Positions 22,281-38,835 are shown, counted from the stretch's first letter. The stretch is DNA of 64,000 nt from the human T2T-CHM13v2.0 reference genome, Homo sapiens (GCF_009914755.1 NC_060938.1), one strand, 5' to 3'. The notes: generated by a model not told the origin, from the sequence alone. Translations and numbers: made by a program.

Positions 22281-23535
22281 ATGGGCAACCTTCCACCCTC
22301 CATTCCTCCTTCTTCTCCCTTAGCCTGTGTTCTCAAGAACTTAAAACCTCTTCAACTCACACCTGACCTAAAACCTAAATGCCTTATTTTCTTCTGCAAT
22401 GCCGCTTGACCCCAATACAAACTCGACAGTAGCTCCAAATAGCCAGAAAACGGCACTTTGAATTTTTCCATCCTGCAAGATCTAAATAATTCTTGTCGTA
22501 AAATAGGCAAACGGTCTGAGTTGCCTGACGTCCAGGCATTCTTTTACACATCAGTCCCTTCCTAGTCTTTGTCCCCAATGCAACTCGTCCCAAATCTTCC
22601 TTCTTTCCCTTCCGCCTGTCCCCTCAGTCCCAACCCCAAGCGTCGCTGAGTCTTTCTAATCTTCCTTTTCTACAGACCCATCTGACCTTTCCCCTCCTCC
22701 CCAGGCTGCTCCTCGCCAGGCCGAGCTAGGTCCCAATTCTTCCTCAGCCTCTGCTCCTCCACCCTATAATCCTTTTATCACCTCGCCTCCTCACACCTGG
22801 TCCAGCTTACAGTTTCGTTCCGTGACTAGCCCTCCCCCACCTGCCCAGCAATTTACTCTTAAAAAGGTGGCTGAAGCTAAAGGCATAGTCAAGGTTAATG
22901 CTCCTTTTTCTTTATCCCAAATCAGAAGCATTTAGGCTCTTTTTCATCAAATATAAAAACCCAGCCCAGTTCATGGCTCGTTTGGCAGCAACCCTGAGAC
23001 GCTTTACAGCCCTAGACCCTAAAAGGTCAAAAGGCCGTCTTATTCTCAATATACATTTTACTACCCAATCTGCTCCCGACATTAAATAAAACTCCAAAAA
23101 TTGGAATCTGGCCCTCAAACCCCACAACAGGACTTAATTAACCTCACCTTCAAGGTGTACAATAACAGAAAAAAGTTGCAATTCCTTGCCTCCACTGTGA
23201 GACAAACCCCAGCCACATCTCCAGCACACAAGAACGTCCAAACGCCTGAACCACAGCAGCCAGGGGTTCCTCCAGAACCTCCTCCCCCAGGAGCTTGCTA
23301 CACGTGCCGGAAATCTGGCCACTGGGCCAAGGAATGCCCGCAGCCCGGGATTCCTCCTAAGCTGCGTCCCATCTGTGTGGGACCCCACTGAAAATCCGAC
23401 TGTTCAACTCACCTGGCAGCCACTCCCAGAGCCCCTGGAACTCTGGCCCAAGGCTCTCTGACTGACTCCTTCCCAGATCTTCTCGGCTTAGCAGCTGAAG
23501 ACTGACACTGCCCGATTGCCTCGGAAGCCCCCTAA
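22281..23535 (+). pseudogene. HERV-H gag remnant
   Basis: ATG GGC AAC (MGN start) at 22281; CCHC knuckle CYTCRKSGHWAKEC at 23296-23337; second knuckle disrupted (RPICVGPH*KSDC); multiple stops. Confidence 0.85.
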
Positions 23536-25740
23536 ACCATCACGGATGCCGAGCTTCAGGTAACTCTCACGGTAGAAGGTAGTAAGCGCGTCCCCTTCTT
23601 AATCAATACGGAGGCTACCCACTCCACATTACCTTCTTTTCAAAGGCCTGTTTCCCTTGCCTCCATAACTGTTGTAAGTATTGACGGCCAGGCTTCTAAA
23701 CCTCTTAAAACTCCCCAACTCTGGTGCCAACTTAGACAATACTCTTTTAAGCACTCCTTTTTAGTTATCCCCACCTGCCCAGTTCCCTTATTAGGCTGAG
23801 ACACTTTAACTAAATTATCTGCTTCCCTGACTATTCCTGGACTACAGCCACATCTCATTGCCGCCCTTCTTCCCAATCCAAAGCCTCCTTTGCGTCCTCC
23901 TCTTGTATCCCCCTACCTTAACCCACAAGTATAAGATACCTCTACTCCCTCCTTGGTGACCGATCATGTACCCCTTACCGTCTCATTAAAACCTAATCAC
24001 CCTTACCCCACTCAATGTCAAGATCCCATCCCACAGCACGCTTTAAAAGGATTAAAGCCTGTTATCACTCGCCTGCTACAGCATGGCCTTTTAAAGCCTA
24101 TGAACTCTTCTTACCATTCCCCCATTTTACCTGTCCTAAAACCAGACAAGCCTTACAAGTTAGTTCAGAATCTGCGCCTTATCAACCAAATTGTTCTGCC
24201 TATCCACCCGGTGGTGCCAAACCCATACTCGATACCTCCCTCTACTACCCATTATTCTGTTCTAGATCTCAAACATGCTTTCTTTACTATTCCTTTGCAC
24301 CCTTCATCCCAGCCTCTCTTTGCTTTCACTTAGACTGACCCTGACACCCATTAGGCTCAGCAAATTACCTCGGCTGTACTGCCGCAAGGCTTCACAGACA
24401 GCCCCCATTACTTCAGTCAAGCCCAAATTTCATCCTCATCTGTTACCTATCTCAGCATAATTCTCATAAAAATACACGTGCTCTCCCTGCTGATCGTGTC
24501 TGATTAATCTCCCAAACCTCAGTCCCTTACAAAATAACAACTCCTTTCCTTCCTAGGCATGGTTAGTGCAGTCAGAATTCCTACACAAGAGCCAGGACAG
24601 GACTGCACCCTGTAGCCTTTCTGTCCAAACAACTTGACCTTACTGTTTTAGCCTAGCCCTCATGTCTGTGTGCAGCGGCTGCCGCTGCTTTAATACTGTT
24701 AGAGGCCCTAAAAATCGCAAACTATGCTCAACTCACTCTCTACATTTCTCATAACTTCCAAAATCTATTTTCTTCCTCATACCTGACGCATATACTTTCT
24801 GCTCCCCAGCTCCTTCAGCTGTACTCACTCTTTGTTAAGTCCCACAATTACCATTGTTCCTGGCCCGGACTTCAATCTGGCCTCCCACATTATTCCTGAT
24901 ACCACACCTGACCCCCATGACTGTATCTCTCTGATCCACCTGATATTCACCCCATTTCCCCATATTTCCTTCTTTCCTATTCCTCACCCTGATCACGCTT
25001 GATTTATTGATGGCAGTTCCACCAGGCCTAATCGCCACACACCAGCAAAGGCAGGCTATGCTATAGTACAAGTCACTAGCCCGCCTCTCAGAACCTCTCA
25101 TTTCCTTTCCATCGTGGAAATCTATCCTCAAGGAAATAACTTCTCAGTGTTCCATCTGCTATTCTACTACTCCTCAGGGATTATTCAGGCCCCCTCCCTT
25201 CCCTACACATCAAGCTCAAGGATTTGCCCCCACCCAGGACTGGCAAATTAGCTTTACTCAACATGTCCCGAGTCAGGAAACTAAAATACCTCTTAGTCTA
25301 AATAGACACTTTCACTGAATAAGTAAAGGCCTTTCCTACAGGGTCTGAGAAGGCCACCACAGTCATTTCTTCCCTTCTGTCAGACATAATTCCTCAGTTT
25401 AGCCTTCCCACCTCAATACAGTCTAATAACAGACCATCCTTTACTAGTCAAATCAGCCAAGCAGCTTTTCAGGCTCTTAGTATTCAGTGAAACCTTTATA
25501 TCCCTTACGGTCCTCCATCTTCAAGAAAAGGAGAACGGACTAAAGGTCTTTTAAAAACACACCTCACCAAGCTCAGCCACCAACTTAAAAAGGACTGGAC
25601 AATACTTTCACCACTTTCGTTTCTCAGAATTCAGGCCTGTCCTCAGAATGCTACAAGGTACAGCCCATTTAAGCTCCTGTATAGACGCTCCTTTTTATTA
25701 GGCCCCAGTCCCATTCGACACCAGACCAACTTAGACTGTG
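23536..25740 (+). pseudogene. HERV-H pro-pol remnant (protease, RT, RNase H and integrase fragments)
   Basis: FLINTEATHS (degenerate DTGA), SVLDLKHAFF, VLPQGFTDSP, FIDGS, DTFT and QSNNRP motifs; stops, frameshifts and deletions. Confidence 0.88.
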
Positions 25741-26307
25741 CCCCAAAAAAACTTGTCATCCCTACTATCTTTTGTCTAGTCATACTCCTATTCACCATTC
25801 TCAACTACTCATACATGCCCTGCTCTTGTTTACACTGCTGGTTTATACTGTTTCTCCAAGCCATCACAGCTGATATCTCCTGGTGCTATCCCCAAACTGC
25901 CACTCTAAACTCTTGAAGTAAATAAATAATCTTTGCCGGCAGGACTATGCTGAATCTCCTTAGGCACTCTCTAATCAGATGTCCTAGGTCCTCCCAATTC
26001 TTAGACCTTTTATACCTGTTTTTCTCCTTCTCTTATTCCATTTAGTTTCTCAATTCATCCAAAACCATATGCAGTCCATCACCAATCATTCTATACGACA
26101 AATGTTTCTTCTAACATCCCCACAATATCACCCCTTACCACAAGACCTCCCTTCAGCTTAATCTCTCCCACTCTAGGTTCCCACGCCGCCCCTAATCCCG
26201 CTTGAAGCAGCCCTGAGAAACATCGCCCATTCTCTCTCCATTCCACCCCCCAAAAATTTTCGCCGCCCCAACACTTCAACACTATTTTGTTTTATTTTTC
26301 TTATTAT

Positions 26308-26320
26308 AAGAAGGCAGGAA
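26308..26320 (+). promoter_or_regulatory. Polypurine tract
   Basis: AAGAAGGCAGGAA abutting the 3' LTR TG. Confidence 0.88.
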
Positions 26321-26751
26321 TGTCAGGCCTCTGAGCCCAAGCCAAGCCATCGCATCCCCTGTGACTTGCACGTATACATCCAGATGGCCTGAAGTAACTG
26401 AAGATCCACAAAAGAAATAAAAATAGCCTTAACTGATGACATTCCATCATTGTGATTTGTTCCTGCCCCACCCTAACTGATCAATGTACTTTGTAATCTC
26501 CCCCACCCTTAAGAAGGTTATTTGTAATTCTCCCCACCCTTGAGAATGTACTTTGTGAGATCCACCCCTGCCCGCAAAACATTGCTCTTAACTTCAGCGC
26601 CTATCCCAAAATCTATAAGAACTAATGATAATCCACCACCCTTTGCTGACTCTCTTTTCGGACTCAGCCCGCCTGCACCCAGGTGAAATAAACAGCCACG
26701 TTACTCACACAAAGCCTGTTTGGTGCTCTCTTCACACGGACGTGCATGAAA
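26321..26751 (+). mobile_element. HERV-H 3' LTR
   Basis: Direct repeat of 20875-21306 (13 substitutions plus 1 indel by manual alignment); AATAAA 26687-26692. Confidence 0.95.
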
Positions 26752-26966
26752 ATAACTTCCCTCCTAAGAATGCAGCCAACTCTGCATCTATGAAAAGAAG
26801 GTCTATCCCCCCATGTTTAAACTGTAGAAGGATGTCCATAACATATTGGGCCAAAAAAAAAAAAACCCCAAGCATACACCAAAAAAACAAAACAAACAAC
26901 CCCCCCGCCCCCCCCGAATAATCCTTATATACCTAGTTTGTTTTTTTGGTGCATCTGTGTGCGTGG

Positions 26967-29114
<2,148 letters not shown>

Positions 29115-29333
29115 TTAAAAATTAAAAAACAAAACAAAAAACTGTTAAGATGACAGCAAGAGGGGAAGGAAAAAAAGGACCTGCCATTTAAATTCACATA
29201 GTATCATACAAAGCTTAAAATAAATGGTTTGATTTAATGACAAAGTCTTCATAAGAAAAAAGGACAGTTTACTTAGGCTAAAAATGTTTATACATGCCAG
29301 AAAAATGAGAAGACAACAGAATTTTTAAAATAT

Positions 29334-29339
29334 TTTAAT
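29334..29339 (-). terminator. PNMA1: Candidate PNMA1 poly(A) signal ATTAAA
   Basis: TTTAAT on +, about 780 nt past the stop, followed on the - strand by U-rich sequence; a second ATTAAA lies near 29233. Confidence 0.55.
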
Positions 29340-30113
29340 TTGTATATATAACTTCAAATTTAGAACACTCAGTATGAACAAGAACTATTCTCTGACAAAG
29401 ATGTGAAATGGGGGAGTGAATTACTGTACAGGTGCATATCAACCTCTCCATGCAATTTACATCTGTATCTTATGCAATGAGAAACTGGTTTACACAGCTC
29501 CGTAACTGCAGTATTTTTTAACACCCCATTTTGCAGTCTCAGAATACTTTTCAATTAAACTGGTCGACATGTTTAAAGATGAGAAATAAGATGTTTGCAT
29601 TGTAAAGTTGAGTAATAGCTAATAAATGCACACTTCCTTCCATTAATATAAATCTGGAACAATTTATGGTAAACAAAAATCTATCCGCGTTATCAGTAAT
29701 CTAACAGTGCATACTTTTACTGAACACTTCCTGTGAGCCAGGCCTCGTAGTAAACATCTGAACATGCAATTTCACATTCAGTGTGGAATAAGAAGTGTCA
29801 TAGGTTCGCGTGTTTTTCACAACTGATTATGATGTCCATGATGACAGCGTGCACTAAGCGCTGTGTCCAACCAACCCTTTACCTGGCATTTTAGCCAGCA
29901 AGACCCGCTTGCATTGCAGTCGTTCACGGTGCTCGCTGGCACAATTTTAGAATGTTACATGAATACTCAGGCCTGACTAACCTTCCCCTCCAAAAAACAA
30001 CAAAACAGAACAAGGCTAAGCCTTTACTACTCAGAGACACATCTGTAAGACCCCACAGGGACAAGAAAAGTAGCTGTGATCTAGGTCTGCACTAAAGCTG
30101 CCTTTCCTGGCAC

Positions 30114-31175
30114 TCAGAAGTGCCCTTCCAGGCCTAACTGCAGAAGGGTGGCCTCAGCCTCCTCCTCCTCCTCCTTGGCTTCCTCCTCACGGATCTGCAC
30201 CAGCAACTGAAAGAGGTTTGGGGCTGGCCCTTCCCCAGCCCCGGTAAGCCACAGCTGCCTTCGGATGGCCCCGCTGTGGTTGGCCCCGGCAATGACCTGC
30301 TCTAGGCGGGCCTGGTTCACATTATCTTTATCAATGGCCCCCTTCTCTACCACCTTCTGTAGCAGAGGCTCCAGACGAATGACATAAGCAGACAATTTTT
30401 CTCCCGGGTTCTGATAAGTGTTCAGAAATTTGATCTGGGCATCCCTAGAGCTCTCAACGCTCCCAAACACCTGCTCAAGCGCCTTCAGGCATTCGGCAGT
30501 GGTTATCGCGGGGTTGTTGGACTTAAGGATGCGAATAACATCAGCGGCGGGGCCTCTAAGACTCTCCATCAACCGCCGCCTCTTTTCTACATCGGACACC
30601 TGCCACTCCTCTAGGACCTCATTAGTGTGCTCCAGCCAGGGATCAAAGGTTTCCTCTCCAGGCCCTGGGATGTCCCTCCCCGAGAAAAGTGTCAGCCTCT
30701 TGTACCATATGGACTCAACAAGAGGCTGAATAACATTATCCAAAATATAGTTTAGCATCTCTGCTGGCATCTCTGGGCCCGGGGTCGGAGTAGGGTTCTG
30801 AAACCCAAGGACACGGGCAACATCTTGCACGGTCCACCCCTCTCTAGCTAGGAAGAGGTGCAATCTTTCTAAAAATTCAGCATCAGAAGTTGGGGGCTTA
30901 AATAACACTTTCCAGACCCCTCCTTTGCCCGGCATCTCCCTGGGGATCGCGGCGTAATCTACAGCGCCAGTGAGCTCTAATAAGGCTGCTTTCGCATTTT
31001 CTTCCCTCCAGAACATTCTCCCAAGCATTCGGTAGGAGACCTGGGGCATCGCAGCCTGGAGGGTCTCTTCGATTTCAGCCTCATCACAGTTCACTGGGAT
31101 GCCCCAGACTAACAGAGCTCTCTGGGAGTTCACATCCATCCCCCGGCACCAGTCTTCCAACAGTGTCATCGCCAT
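30114..31175 (-). CDS. PNMA1: Paraneoplastic antigen Ma1, 353 aa, intronless domesticated Ty3/Gypsy Gag (capsid-like) protein
   Basis: ORF MAMTLLEDWCRGMDVN...LGLEGHF*; ATG in AAAATGG context at 31173-31175; PNMA family motifs (LEDWC, FDPWLEH, ESLRGPA, YQNPGEKLSAY). Confidence 0.97.
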   Translation of the reverse strand: MAMTLLEDWCRGMDVNSQRALLVWGIPVNCDEAEIEETLQAAMPQVSYRMLGRMFWREENAKAALLELTGAVDYAAIPREMPGKGGVWKVLFKPPTSDAEFLERLHLFLAREGWTVQDVARVLGFQNPTPTPGPEMPAEMLNYILDNVIQPLVESIWYKRLTLFSGRDIPGPGEETFDPWLEHTNEVLEEWQVSDVEKRRRLMESLRGPAADVIRILKSNNPAITTAECLKALEQVFGSVESSRDAQIKFLNTYQNPGEKLSAYVIRLEPLLQKVVEKGAIDKDNVNQARLEQVIAGANHSGAIRRQLWLTGAGEGPAPNLFQLLVQIREEEAKEEEEEAEATLLQLGLEGHF

Positions 31176-31339
31176 TTTCTCAACTATCAAGACGCCAAAT
31201 TCTACCAACAGACTGTGGCTCACCGTGCTCCTGGCCTTAGAACAATACCAGACACTCCCACCAAGTAGGCCCGAGGGAGGCGACCTTCATGCAGTCACGA
31301 TTAACAAAGACAGAGTCCTGATCTCGCCCTTCTCTGCCC

Positions 31340-32110
31340 CCACAGTCAGTCCGTAGGTGCACTCGGAGCCGAGCTCGGGGACGCTGAGGCAGTCACGCGG
31401 CCGTCGCCATCTTGCGTCTGGGTCTGGGTCCGGTCGGGTCCGCCGCCTGCAGCAGGGGCGTCGCGTCGTCGTGCAGCGGGCGAGGAGCGACGGCGGGCGG
31501 CGAAGGCAGGCGCGCTGGGCCGAGAGCCGCCGGGGTGTGGTCGCGGGGCGTGGCCGCCGGGCGCTCGCTGCGGCTCCTGGAGAGGATCGGGCGTTCGCGG
31601 TCGCAGCCTGGTCTTCCCGCGGGCGAGGAGCGGCCGTTTGGGAGACTAGCCAGAGGGAGAAACTGTGCCGAAGTCGCGGCGGCTGCGGGCCAGCGGAAAG
31701 CGGCTTCTTGGCGGGCGCGGGGACTCCTCTGGGCGGGCGGCGAGGACGGCCGAGGACCAGAAACGAAGGCAGCAGAGGAGCAGGAAAGTCGGAGAAGCGA
31801 GGCTGGAGACAGCAGAGGCGAGGGTGGGAAGGGGCGGCCGCGGCGGCCCGCAGCGGTTCAGGCGCTGCGCGGCTGCTCTGGCGTCCAGTCCTACCCGCAA
31901 CCCGCCGCGACGTTACTGCTGCAGTGGAGGATGGGGCCAGCCGGCGAGCGGCGTCCGCCCCGCCCCGCCCCGTCCCGCCCCCGCGGCGGAGCTGCTCGGG
32001 CGTCTCCATGGCAACGGTGTCCCAGCCGGCGCGAGGCACGCCTGCTCCGGCGGCTCGCGGGGGTCGAGCGGTTGCCGTGGAGCCAGCGAGGGGCTCGGGC
32101 ATTTGTTTCT
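31340..32110. promoter_or_regulatory. PNMA1: CpG island: PNMA1 promoter and 5' UTR
   Basis: Very high GC and CpG density; tandem GC boxes at ~31956-31983; X-box motif at 32002-32015; directly upstream of the PNMA1 ORF. Confidence 0.9.
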
Positions 32111-32654
32111 CTGATGGCGCATTTCCTTTTTCATAATTTAGCATTTTAACAGTAAACAACTACTACTAAGCACCGTGTTTTAAAAATAATAACCCAATCC
32201 TGGAGTGGATTTAAGATGATATTGTTGGAAATGCATCCCTCATGGTGGACTTGTCTACTCGGGTTGCTCAGCCAGTCCACCCTGCACGTGAAAATACTCT
32301 CCTCAGAACCCTGGCTTCCCGTTGCCCCTGACCACACTGTGCACCCTGCATATTTCATCCCAATGAAGCCAAAATGTCGGAGTGCGCCATTTCTGTGTAT
32401 TTGTGTGAGACACTGAGTTTAGACTTTTTCTTGTCTAAAATTTTGTAAAAATCTGTCTGTGTCTACTGAGTCATCTTTTAGCCAGGCAAACATTAGTGTA
32501 TTATTTTCCTTTTCCTGGCTGGCATCATTGACAATAGGCTGCTAAAAGAGAATCCTTATGGTTCAAAAATGTCGAGTAATCTCCCTGCAAGCAAGACAAG
32601 GCGCACTTACATCAACCCCAGATGGTGAAAATCCCAAGAGAACAAAGCATTCAA

Positions 32655-36381
<3,727 letters not shown>

Positions 36382-36547
36382 TCAGCCCTTGTCGCCCGCA
36401 CCGCTCTCCTCCCGCAGGGCCTGCTGGTGGGCGGCGGCGGCGGCAGCAGCGGCCTCTTTCTCCTTCAGCCTCAGCGCTGCAGCCTTCTTCTCCTGCTCTG
36501 CGTGGCTCTTCATATGCGCACTGCGGCTCTTCACCTTGTAAAACACC
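36382..36547 (-). CDS. MIDEAS: MIDEAS last coding exon (second half of C2H2 finger, Ala8 tract; VFYKVKSRSAHMKSH...GDKG*)
   Basis: ctgcag acceptor; 166 nt; TGA at 36382-36384; brings the spliced total to 1099 aa. Confidence 0.88.
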
Positions 36548-36843
36548 CTGCAGCCGGGTGGGGGTTGCTCAGAACCGGCCTAGCCCACCCGGGGGCCCCC
36601 AGCGCGGGTGCGCGAGGAGCCCCAGCCTTCACCTTCACCCCCACGCTGCACAGCCGCGGCCGGCCAGCTCGCGTCATTTTCCGAAAGCTGCCCCATGACG
36701 TCACAGCCCTAGAAACCCGCTGAGCCAACCAGAAACGAGGCGGACACCGCCTGTACCTCTTCCCCCTCCCCTCCACCCCACCCCCGCCCCCTCCGCGCAC
36801 CAGCCCGCGGGGGTCCCAGCGGGGACAGCGCTGCCCACCTTAC

Positions 36844-37040
36844 CTGCCACATTTTTTACAGGGGAAAGTGTTCTCCTGATTCTGGGTCTTACTGAATGTC
36901 TCTGTTTTTTTCTTCTTCTCTGAAAAAGGTAGTGCCCTTCGTGACTTCCCTGTCCCTTCCCTTGGCTTCTCCGAGGCCTGGCCACCGGCAGACCCAGGGG
37001 CGTTGGACTCGTGGCTCCGGAGGATGAGGATGTCACTGGC
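36844..37040 (-). CDS. MIDEAS: MIDEAS coding exon 11 (ASDILILRSHES...FPCKKCG(R))
   Basis: ttttcttcag acceptor, AG|gtaagg donor; 197 nt. Confidence 0.92.
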
Positions 37041-37757
37041 CTGAAGAAAATCAAACAAGGAGAGTTGAGTGATCTGAGCAAGCGCAGATCTGGAATTCTA
37101 AAATCGCAGGGAACCGGGGGCCTGAAAAGTCATATATATTCCTGCCAAACAGTCACCTAGCATGCACTTGGGTCCTTCCAGGGATATGACGACCATTGCC
37201 TCCTCCAACTCTGCATCTCTGGTCAGCTCTATCGTTTACAAAGTTGCTGCTAGAGTAATTCTGTGGGGCAGCCCGAGCTGCTAGAGGCCTTGATGCGCCT
37301 GACAGGGGATCTTGGTCTCTGGGTTAATGAAGCACCTACCTGTTGATGTTTTCTGTCATTTAGTCCGCTCATGCCCTGTTCTATAAATGAGATTCAGGCC
37401 CCTGTGATGGGCCAGATGCTAGGGACAAAGAGGTTGACACAGGCATCCCTGCCCTCAGAGCTGAGGATCTGGTGGAAGGGACAGATGCGCAGGTAGCTAC
37501 TTCAGGACAGCGCACTGCAGGGACACCAAACAGGGCAAGGGCAGGGGTCAGAGTGCAGAGCAGAGGGAGCAGAGGTGACCTCGGCTGGGGAAGCCCCGGG
37601 TGGCCATCAGAAGTGGCACCCTCATGGGAAAGTTCACAAAAGTCAACAGAACTCTGTAGAGCGCTACACAGAGCACAGCTCTTGGTGCAGGTGGTCGAGG
37701 CTCAGAAGTGGGCACACAGCCGTGTGTTTACAGTTTATGGGAGCTCTGTAAGCATGA

Positions 37758-38085
<328 letters not shown>

Positions 38086-38835
38086 TACTACATACATTTC
38101 TAAAAAAAAAGACTCTAAAAAAGCAGCAGCTCCCCAATAAACCCCTTCCCCTCCTTACCCCTTTCTGGGAGAACTCTCCCTGGCAAGGAGCAACTATGGC
38201 CAGTAGTCTTGTTTCTTGGCCTGTGATATGGTGGACAGAGCACTGCACTAGGAGTCCAAGGACCTGGGGCAAGTCACTTAGCATCTCTGAACTGCTTTCC
38301 CCCATCTGCAGAGTAGAGGTTAACTCTGCAGTGTGAGGAACTAATGAGATAATGGAAATGAAAGCACTTTGCAGAGATCATGCCTGAGGGCCTATGATTG
38401 TCATTCCCATGGTCTCAGCTCAGTCTCATTCTTGTCAGGGACTCTGGCTCTCTTAGGGGAGCCCTGTCTGCAAACCACCAATGCTCCCTCAGTGACCCAC
38501 ATACCTACTGGGTTTTCACAAAACCTTTTTCCCTCTGAATCTCAGATACAGAAGCAGTAGAGTATAAAAATTAATCGCAGACTCTGGATTCAGGCTGCCT
38601 ACTAGCTGTGTTATCTTGGGCCACAATTTCCCCATCTATAAAATGGGAATAACAGTAATACCTAACCACATAGGGTAGTGAGGATTAAATGAGTTAACAG
38701 CACAAAGTACTTCACACATTTCCTGCTATTATGATTATAATGAGGATCACAGTCCTGCTCTACCCTCCCTCCCACGCCCCCAGGCCCAGCTCCACCCTGC
38801 TTGCCCTGGGCTCAGCCCATGGTGGTCACACTCAC

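Larger units (their letters stand above)
20875..26751 (+). mobile_element. HERV-H provirus, non-autonomous deleted type, 5877 bp
   Basis: Two direct LTRs, 5-bp TSD ATAAC (20870-20874 and 26752-26756), tRNA-His PBS, PPT, C-rich/G-poor interior with gag, pro and pol remnants. Confidence 0.97.

Noticed and set aside
25740-26307. Functional HERV-H env
   Set aside because: Only ~570 bp remain between pol and the PPT, with stops; env is largely deleted.
30060-30130. Gag-Pol style frameshift or read-through at the end of PNMA1
   Set aside because: No slippery heptamer seen; the in-frame extension ends after 10 codons (VPGKAALVQT*); no pol-like motifs noticed in the UTR.
31357-32149. 245-259 aa plus-strand ORFs
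   Set aside because: GC-rich stop-poor artefacts with no recognisable domain.
31287-32159. 290-codon minus-strand ORF in the same frame as PNMA1, separated from it by one TGA (31287-31289)
   Set aside because: Arg/Pro/Ala-rich CpG-island sequence that lacks stops in most frames; its ATGs lie at or beyond the GC boxes, probably upstream of the TSS; the TGA-A context is not a typical read-through signal.
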